A DNA stretch of 64,000 nucleotides from a virus, in IMG/VR virus record IMGVR_UViG_3300047478_000258, positions 6,566 through 70,565 of that record. One strand, given 5' to 3'. Below the pieces are notes generated by a model that had not been told where the DNA came from, did no database searches, and saw nothing but the letters and a program-made list of their open reading frames with translations. Shown piece by piece: positions 46,548-55,500 of this stretch. The position numbers and the translations under genes are program-made. Each line of letters opens with the position of its first letter. The first letter of the stretch is position 1.

Positions 46548-49500
46548 ATGTATAGTATAGAGAAAGCAAGAGCAGCTGGGGAAAGTGATGACTACATAGC
46601 TAACTATCTTATAGAAAAGAATAAGATAGATCCAACTTCTTTACAAGGTATACCACAAGAGAAACTTCTAGACCATCTTGTAGGGGAAGATTCCCGTATT
46701 AACTATCCTATGAATGGTGCTCAGGCTATTAATACCAGACTTGAGCAGAAGAATCAGGAACTATACCCTGAAAAGTATACTGCTATTCCAGTTCCTTTTC
46801 AGGATACTCCTATTATGATGCCCAAGACTGAGGCTCAGAATGCTGAGTATGCTAAACAGAAAGCACTATATGATAAGTCTCCTAATATGCCAGGAATTGG
46901 TGGTGCTTTATGGGAAGCAGGAGCACAACCTATTAAGGGTGCTCTTAACTTACCAAAAAGACTTGTAGGGTCTAATCTTGAAGCAGCAGGAACTGCTATT
47001 GGTGGAGATACTGCAGTAGGTGGATTCTTACAAGAAGCTGGGAAAGCATGGTCTGGATTCTCTGATAAAGCCCAGGAATTTGCTCCTCCTTCACAGCAGA
47101 GTTTGGAGAGTCCTATTCGTAATACTCTTATTGGAGGAGTACAGTCTGCCTCTGAAATTCTACTTTCAGGACTTATACCTGGTGGAGCAATAGCTTATGG
47201 TGCTGGTATAGGATCAGAAGCTGGGTTAGGTCTCTATAAAGATATGGTAGCCAAAGGGAAGAGTCATGAAGAAGCCCTTTCTTATGGTGTTATTAATGGT
47301 GGAGTTCAGGGAGTATTAGAAACCTATCTGAATAAGATGACATTAGGACTGGCAAAACCTCTTACTGGACTGATAGGTAAAGCTATAGTTAATGAAGGGG
47401 AACAGGCTCTTAAGAGTACTGCCAAAGAACTTATTGGAGTTTATGGCTTTAAACAATTCTTCAAGAACATTGGCAAGATGGCTATGTGGGAAGGTACTGA
47501 GGAAGTAGCACAGCAGGGAACTGAGGATATCCTTAGAAAGATAGGTATGGATGAAACTAAGACTCCAGAAGCCTATGCTCAGGATTATGCTTTGCAGTTT
47601 CTTGGTGGTGCTTTTGCTGGGTTACTTATAGGTCATGCTTCTCAGGGTATGAACATGGTAGCTATGAAACCCTATATAGATGCCCTGCAGAATCCTGCTA
47701 CAGGACAGGATGTTAGGCTATCTGCCAAGGATGCTATTACTCAACTGCTTACTCCTCAGAGCTTGGAAGCTGCCAAAGCTTGGGATACTTTAGCTACAAG
47801 AGCTGTTATAGCAGGAGATCCTATTCCTGTAGATACCCAGTTTGCTGCTTTTATCAATGTATACAACAATAATAGAACTACTGCTTCTGTGAATATGCTT
47901 AATCCAGAGACCCCAAGGAAGCCTCTTGGTACTCCTCCAGTAGCTGCTCCTACTCCTGCAACTCCTCCAACAGGGAATCCTCCTATTGATTTACTATCTC
48001 CTGAAGTAGCAAGGAGTAAGCAGGTAGCAGAAGGAAGAGTATTAGCTGCAGAAGAGCAGATTATGAATACCTCTGATGAAGCAAAGATAGCAGAGTTACA
48101 GAATCTGCAGGAACAAGTTGGTCAACAGCAGGTTGCTTTAGAGGAATCTGAGAAGCCTATGGCTCTTAGCAAGACTGCCTTTACCTCTAAAATAGCAGAG
48201 AGGAAAGCAAAATTGGAGTTGAAAGCTAAGGATAAAACTATAACTCCTGCTGAAAAAGGTATGCTCAATGACATGAATAGATTGTCTACAGAAGACCTTG
48301 CTAAAGCATACAATATAGAACTTTCTACTCCTACTGTTCTTAAGCCTGTAGATATGACTAACCAGAAAATAGTAGAAAGAGAGCAGGCTATTCTTGCAGA
48401 ACAGCAAAAAACAGAAACACCCTTACCTGTTCAGGAGCAAGCTCCCGAACAAAAACAGCCTACAGAAAGAGAAACTCTTATCACTGGGTTAGAGAAAATG
48501 AGTGCAGAGATAGAAGCAAAAGAGGGAAGGGCAGCAGCTTCAAGTGCTGTTTTATCTTCAAAAGAGTTCCAGCGTCTTAAACAGATAGAGAAAGAAGAAG
48601 AAGTGAAAACGTTTTCACCTGAGAGACAGCAGATAATAGCAGTAGCTTCTAAGATGCCAGAAGAGAGAGTGCGTACAGAGATAGCAAAAGAAAAGGCAAA
48701 CCTTACAGTATTGCAAGATGCTATCTCTAAATACCCAAAAGAAGACCCCAATATTGCTCCTCTCCAAAAGGAAATGGAATTAGTCCAGCATACTATTAAA
48801 GCGTATGAGGATAGACTAAACTCTCTTTCTTGGGATAGCCACCTTGAAGCTGTTACTACTCCTGCTACTGAACCAAAAGTACAGGTAAAACAGATCACAG
48901 AGAGACTGAAAGTTCTCAATGTTGCTATGGAGAATACTTCAGATAAAGAGAAAATAAGTTCCATCCGTGTGCAGATTAAGAGAGAAGCAGACAAGTTAAA
49001 GGATCTTGACCCTGATAGATATGCAAAGATAGAAGCCAATATGAACCTCATTGATAAGATGGGGGAGCTTAAAAGTGTAAGTGTTTTCAAATCAGATAAA
49101 ACAACAACTACAGAACACCCTACTATTGGTAGGTTTCTTAATGATATATCAAGAAATTCTGATAGTGTAGCAATGAAGCAATTATCAACTTACTTGCTTA
49201 AAAAGATAGAGTCCCAACCCTCTAAGCTTAATATGAAGATAGTCCATTCTTCTGTACTTGAGCATGAACCTACCAAGAGAAATATAGAAGGTAAGGGGTC
49301 TGGTGCTTATTACCACTATGATTCTGATGAGATAAGAATCCTTAGAGGCTCTATTGCTCCTCGTGAGTATAATACTGCAGTTTTACATGAGGTAGTTCAC
49401 GCTCTTACATCTAAGAAAATAAGAGCTCATATGAGTGTAGAGTCAAAATACTATAATAAGATTTTCTACACTATAACTAAAGCTGCAAGTGAAGAGATGA

Positions 49501-52500
49501 AGATAACTCATGCCTATGCTTTCAGCAATCCCAGAGAATTTCTGGCTATGATATTTACAGACTCTCAGCTTATTCAGGATCTTGAGAAATTAAAGATAGA
49601 TATAAGTTGGATAAAAGAGGCTAGTCCAAATATACATACAGCATGGGAAGCTATACTTGATGTCTTTAAGAAGATACTCGGTATGGATGTAGCCAAAGAC
49701 AGTGCTCTTGGTCATTCTCTTAAAGCTCTTGATTCCCTCTTGAAAGAGGGAGCTAAGTTACAGGAGAAGCAGAAGGGTACAGATGAGATGTTCAATCCCT
49801 TCAATGAACCTACTGAAGAGAAAGAAACTACTGAAGATGTTACTGCTCTCTTTGATATCCCTTGGGATGATCTTACTACTGCTCAAAGAGATATCTTAGC
49901 AGATATTACTGATATTGATACTCTTGCTAAGTTCCCTCTCTCCCATCTTACTGCTAACCAGACTGGTATTATCTGGAACAAGATGGATACTACTGATGAG
50001 TTTCCTAGTGAGAGTAAAGCAACAGTAAAAGTAGGACCAATGGCTGAGATTAAGACCCTTCATAATGCAGGTAAGGGTGTCTATACCATGAGGGTATATG
50101 ATGACAGCTTTAAGAAGCTGGATAAAGATCACCACTTTGGCAACCCTTTTGGGGTTACTGGAGTAACTACCTCTTCTTCTGTTCCTAATGCTGGTACTAT
50201 AAAAGAAGTAAGCCAGAGGTATTATGACTGGTTATCAGGAAAAGCTGATAAGAATATAGAACCAGATAGAAGAGTTTGGATTAATAAAGTTATAGATATG
50301 GGCTTACTTGATGGAAAGAATCTCCTTTACTTCCAGCAGACTGAAATTAATCATGCTAAGATGCTGGCTAAGTATATAAATGAGAGAAGTATTAAAGAAA
50401 CTCTTGCTCCTTGGGAAGAGCAGAAAAAAGAAGTGAAAACGTTTTCAGATATCGTTGCAGGTACTCATAGGAATGTTAAGATTATAGAGTCTCCTATAAC
50501 AGCTTCTATGGCTGCTCTACTCCCAGATGCCAGATTTGGTTACTGGGCTAAAGATGGGGATTCTCCTATAACTCTGCCTACTTATGAAGAAATGAATAAG
50601 AAGACTAAGAAAATGGAGATAAAGCTTAAAGGATGGGAAACTCCAAGAATAGCTTCAAATGCCATCTCCCTTCCCATTAAAAAATCAATGGGCTCTTTCT
50701 ATACTGATGCTGAATTCTTAGGATCTAATAAACCTGAGAGCACATATAAGAAAGTAGTAATGGAAGAGACTACAGTAAAGGGAGTTACAAGAGCTAAGGT
50801 AACCAATATAGTCTCCCCAAAAACTTCTAATATAAGGATAAAACTGGACCAGCAGTTTGATACTCTTGAATCCTATGCCAGATCTGGTATAAGAGTAGTT
50901 CTTAGTGCACTGGATTTGACGGAAATATCTGCTCATTCCCCAGCTTTGGCTTCTTATCTGAAAGAAAGAGTAGCTAAGTTAGGTGCTATTAAGACTAATG
51001 AACAGAGCAAGAGGGATGTAGAAGTAGTAAAGAAGACTACTGTTCCTGCTGCTTCTCAAATATTGGATAAGAGAACAAAATATAAGGGCAACATCTCCAG
51101 GGAAAATCTCAAGAAGATGCAGGAAACTACTATCAAGCTGATAGCAGATATAAAAGAGGGCTTTACTCCTGAACGGGTAGCTGAACTAAAAACTTTCCAT
51201 AAGATGAAAGAGAAGGATCAGGTAAAGTACTTAAGAGAACTGAACAAGGAGACCAGAAACCAGATTACAGAAAGGATAGACCTAACCAATCTCTATGCAG
51301 ATACTATCCTGAGATTTGGGATAAAGGAAGGTAAGATATATAAGAGCTCTCTTCCTTATAAAATAAGTGCCAGGATAGTTGCAGCATACAATGATTACCA
51401 TGCTGACCTTGATAGTATTCCTTCTATGCTTAGGTCTATTGCAGTCAGCAATAATGAGTATGGAAAACACTATATCCCTACAGCTACAGGAGTTAGCACT
51501 TTCATAGAGAAGACAACTCCATTGATAGACCAAATATTCTCCAGTAAACATTGGGATACTACTACTGCCAAGACTGCTTCCCTTATGGCAATAGAGTCTT
51601 ACTTTGAAGGAAACCCTATGTCTTATGAGGACATAGTAGCGAAGATAACTAAATATGGAACTGAGTTCTCTACTATGTCCAGAAATCTTTGGAATGACCC
51701 AGAGTTTCAGAATGTCTTTTCTTTCCAAGGATATGACGTTCCTGTTCCTCCTTGGACTATGGATTCTGAAAATTTACTCCTATCTTTTGATAAGTTTGTT
51801 ACCCATATGGTAGATAAGTATGGGTTAGATCCTGCAGATGTAGTTAATTCCAATAAAATGCTGGAGTTATTCTTCGGAGGGTTCATTCATAATAGAGTAA
51901 AAGAGGAATGGAAGGATTCTAAAGGGAAGAAACACACTGTATATCATGACCAATCTATCATAAAAGAGGACATAGTAACAGAAGAAGTAGCCCATATTAA
52001 TGAACTGGAGTGGGTTAGATATACATTGAATAGGACTACTCCCATAATGACATGGAAAGGTGGAGAAATTAAGGAGAACTTCAAAGAGCTGGAGAACCTT
52101 CCTATTAACTTTGCACTGGGCTTAAGAGCCATGATTATATCAAGAATCAACCAGGCTAATAAAATAGATGACTCTTTATTTGAGTTCAAAGAGACAAGGG
52201 ATCTAAAGAGTAAAGCTAGAGTATTAGATAAGGATGACCAGTTAGTACCCAAATATGACAAGAGAGGTGCTATTGATGAGAAAAATATCCTCTGGGTTGA
52301 GCCAGAAACAGAGAAGGATAAGATAAATACGTCAAAGTACGCTGCCTATATCATGAAGCAGTTAGAAAAGACTGGAGATTGGCTATCTTTTGAGGACTCA
52401 TTAGGTGCAGTTTCTATCCAGGACTACCCTCTTATTATTGATTACATAACAAAGAATAATCCTGATCTCCTTCATTCTATCCTTGGTAGTGATAAACTTA

Positions 52501-55500
52501 TCTATCCCAGAGTATCTTTTGGTAAAGGGGAAAAAGGAAAGATAGAGACTCCTTATGACTTTAAACTGTGGCAGAACTCTGAGACATTAAGAAGCAACTT
52601 CAATTACCTTGTTGCTAATCTCCCTGAGTTTGTAAGGGATGGCTATACAATAGATATAGCATATTACGCTAATAAGGGTTACTTGAATGGTAGAGAGACT
52701 GTTGCTGTTAAAGATTTGGGAACTGTTCTTTTTATAAAACAAAGAGGTATAACTGTTCATACTATGCCTATGCCTTCAGATGGTAAGTATGATATTAAAA
52801 TGATGGTTCAACAACTGACTTCTTTCATGAAGAATATGCATTATATGACATCAGAAGAGGCTATTGACATCCATCTTCCTTCTATACCCAATAGGAGGGA
52901 CGATAGACCAAGTACACTTCCTAAAGTCTTTTTTAAGAAGGATCTTTCAAAGTCAGAAGATGATTATACTGCTCCTTATAGCTATATTAATGATACAGAA
53001 CTCTCTCACTTATATGATGCTTTGTTTAGTGGAGGGATTAAAGCAGAGTCATTATCAGATGAGGAACTCCAAGATCATATAACCAGAATGAGAAGTGTAT
53101 TAAAAGAAGACGTAATTTCTCAGAGAGAACTCTGGAGTAGGATAGATAAGTTAAAAGAAGCATTAGAGCAGGATAATTTAACTACTCAGGAGAAAGACCG
53201 CATTAACTCTTTGATTAAAGAGAATGAAAGTAAAGTTGAACTTTATTCTGGAGATCTTAAAGAGACTTATAACAGTCTTTTTAATGAGATAATGAAGATT
53301 AGAAGTGCCAAGTTTGAGTATAACTATGAGTCTTTTGCCTATATGGAGAAGATAGATAATGTAATGAACTATCTTAATGTCATAGAAAGGGAAAAGGCTA
53401 GATTTCTTACAGATGAGACTACCCAGAATGTATCTGATTTTGTTAAGGCTAATAAGGCAGTAGCTGTCAGTACCCAAGTAGGTCATTCTAAGAAGAATAA
53501 GGTATTAACTACAGATCAGTCTTTGTTCCAGGCTGCTATTAATAACCTGCAACTTCTGCAGAATCTAAAGAAACCTACTGCATTAGAGGTATTCAACACT
53601 ATTGTAGAGAAGGGTAAGTGGGTAGTTGAAACAAAGATAGATGGAATACAGCAGACTCTATCTATGACTAACACACTTGCAGAAGCTGCTTATGGAGAAG
53701 GGGATAAGACCATCTTAGTAGGAGCAAAGGGACTCTTCCATGACAGACCTGATATTGTCTATGCTCTTAATGAACTCAGCAGAATAGAAGCAGAGGCTCT
53801 TACTGTCTATGGTATAGATGCCCAGTTAAGCCAGCCTGGAATAGACAGGTATATAGACAGGACAATGGGTAAGTATATTAAGAGAAGTCTAGGTAGTGAC
53901 GTAGTTAGGTGGAAATCTCCTGAAAACGTTTTCAGAATAAACTCTCTTTATGGCAGGATTTATAGAGATCCTCTATCCAAGCATAGTATTAATAATGAGA
54001 GGGAAGTACTGGCTATGGCTATCTTGGCTACTATGAGAGAGAATGGCAATGAGAAAGCTACTTTAGCTGAAGCTATGGACTTGGCTTCTCTATATCAGGA
54101 AACTATCAGAGAAATAAGTAAGTCTACTCAAGGACCCGCTAATAAGTATATCATCTTTAACTTGGCTCTCAGGAAGTTCAATGAGGCTAAAGCTAATCCT
54201 CATGGAGTAGAATCTGCTGTTGTAGATAACTTAAATACCATAAGGAAAGAGTTGTCTGACCCTACATATAACCAGGAAGCAGTAAAACAGCTTGCTGATT
54301 ACTATAAGAGGACTCTCTCTAAAGAGTTGGGTATTTTAAGAATGAATGAGATTGTTCTTAAAAGCCTTACCCAGGATAACTTATACACCAAGGATATCTG
54401 GAATGCTGTAAAGACAGTAGACTCCCAAAAGTTTCTTACTGATATGGATAGGTATGCTACTGCAGATAAAGCTGTTCTTCCTAAAGAAGTAGCAGATAAG
54501 TTAGATTTAGACACTCTTTTCTTGGCTACTTCTAATGCTATTTTAGAACATATGCCTAAGTATAATACTCTCTACCTTGATTCTAAAGAAAAAGAGTATA
54601 CTTACAGAGCTGCTGCTGAGTTCGTAAGTAAGGCTGATAGTCTTGGGGCAATAAAGAAAGAGATTACAAATGCATTGCTTAATGTTGATGCTATTATTGC
54701 TAGAAAGACAGGTACTAAGAAAGACTTACAGAAAGCAGCTGTTGGGATGGTATATGCAGAAGCTCTTATGTCTGGTCAGATCTTCAGATTTGGAATGGCT
54801 AAAGAGACTGTTGATACTCTTATGACTTTTACTGACCCTATCTATGAAGAACTCAGTAAGGTAGACCCTGCTTTATATAGAGGAGAACCTTCCAAATTAA
54901 GAGCAGATATAGACATGAAGACTCTTTCTCTGCCATATACAGCTCTTTTAGACTTGTATGATTTTATACAACAGGGTTCTTTGTTCAAAGGAGTCCTTCT
55001 CAGACCTATTGATAAGATAGATTTTAAAGCTAGAAATATGTCCAAGGTCTACGATATGGCTATGGATATGTCCAAGTACGATGCTAATAATCTTACTCCT
55101 TACCATTATTTAGTAGCTGCAGTGGAAGCTGCTTATCAGAAGAATAAAGATCAGTTCAGAGCTAACATGAGAGGTCTTATTCCTGTTATTGATTATATAG
55201 GTCAGGATTTAAGGGATAAGTCTTTCATGAGAAAGAGGAAGCCTCGGAAGGATATTACAGGAAATGACCCTGCTGTTACTAAGAAACACAAGATAGATAC
55301 TGGTAAGCTAAAGGATAGTCTTCCTTATCTGACTAAGCAACAGCCTATTTTCAATCCTACTCTTATCCAGAATGAGGATGGAAGTTGGACATTTGAAACA
55401 GAGGAAGAACCAGGGGAATTACATAGAATTATTAGTCCTGAGACTCTTTACTATGATGAATTTATGGGTATGGATACTGAGTATCCTAATGTAGTTGGAA

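Noticed and set aside
48431-49090. 219-aa antisense ORF and similar shadow ORFs in the late region
   Set aside because: Antisense shadows of long genes with biased codon usage; no RBS or motifs
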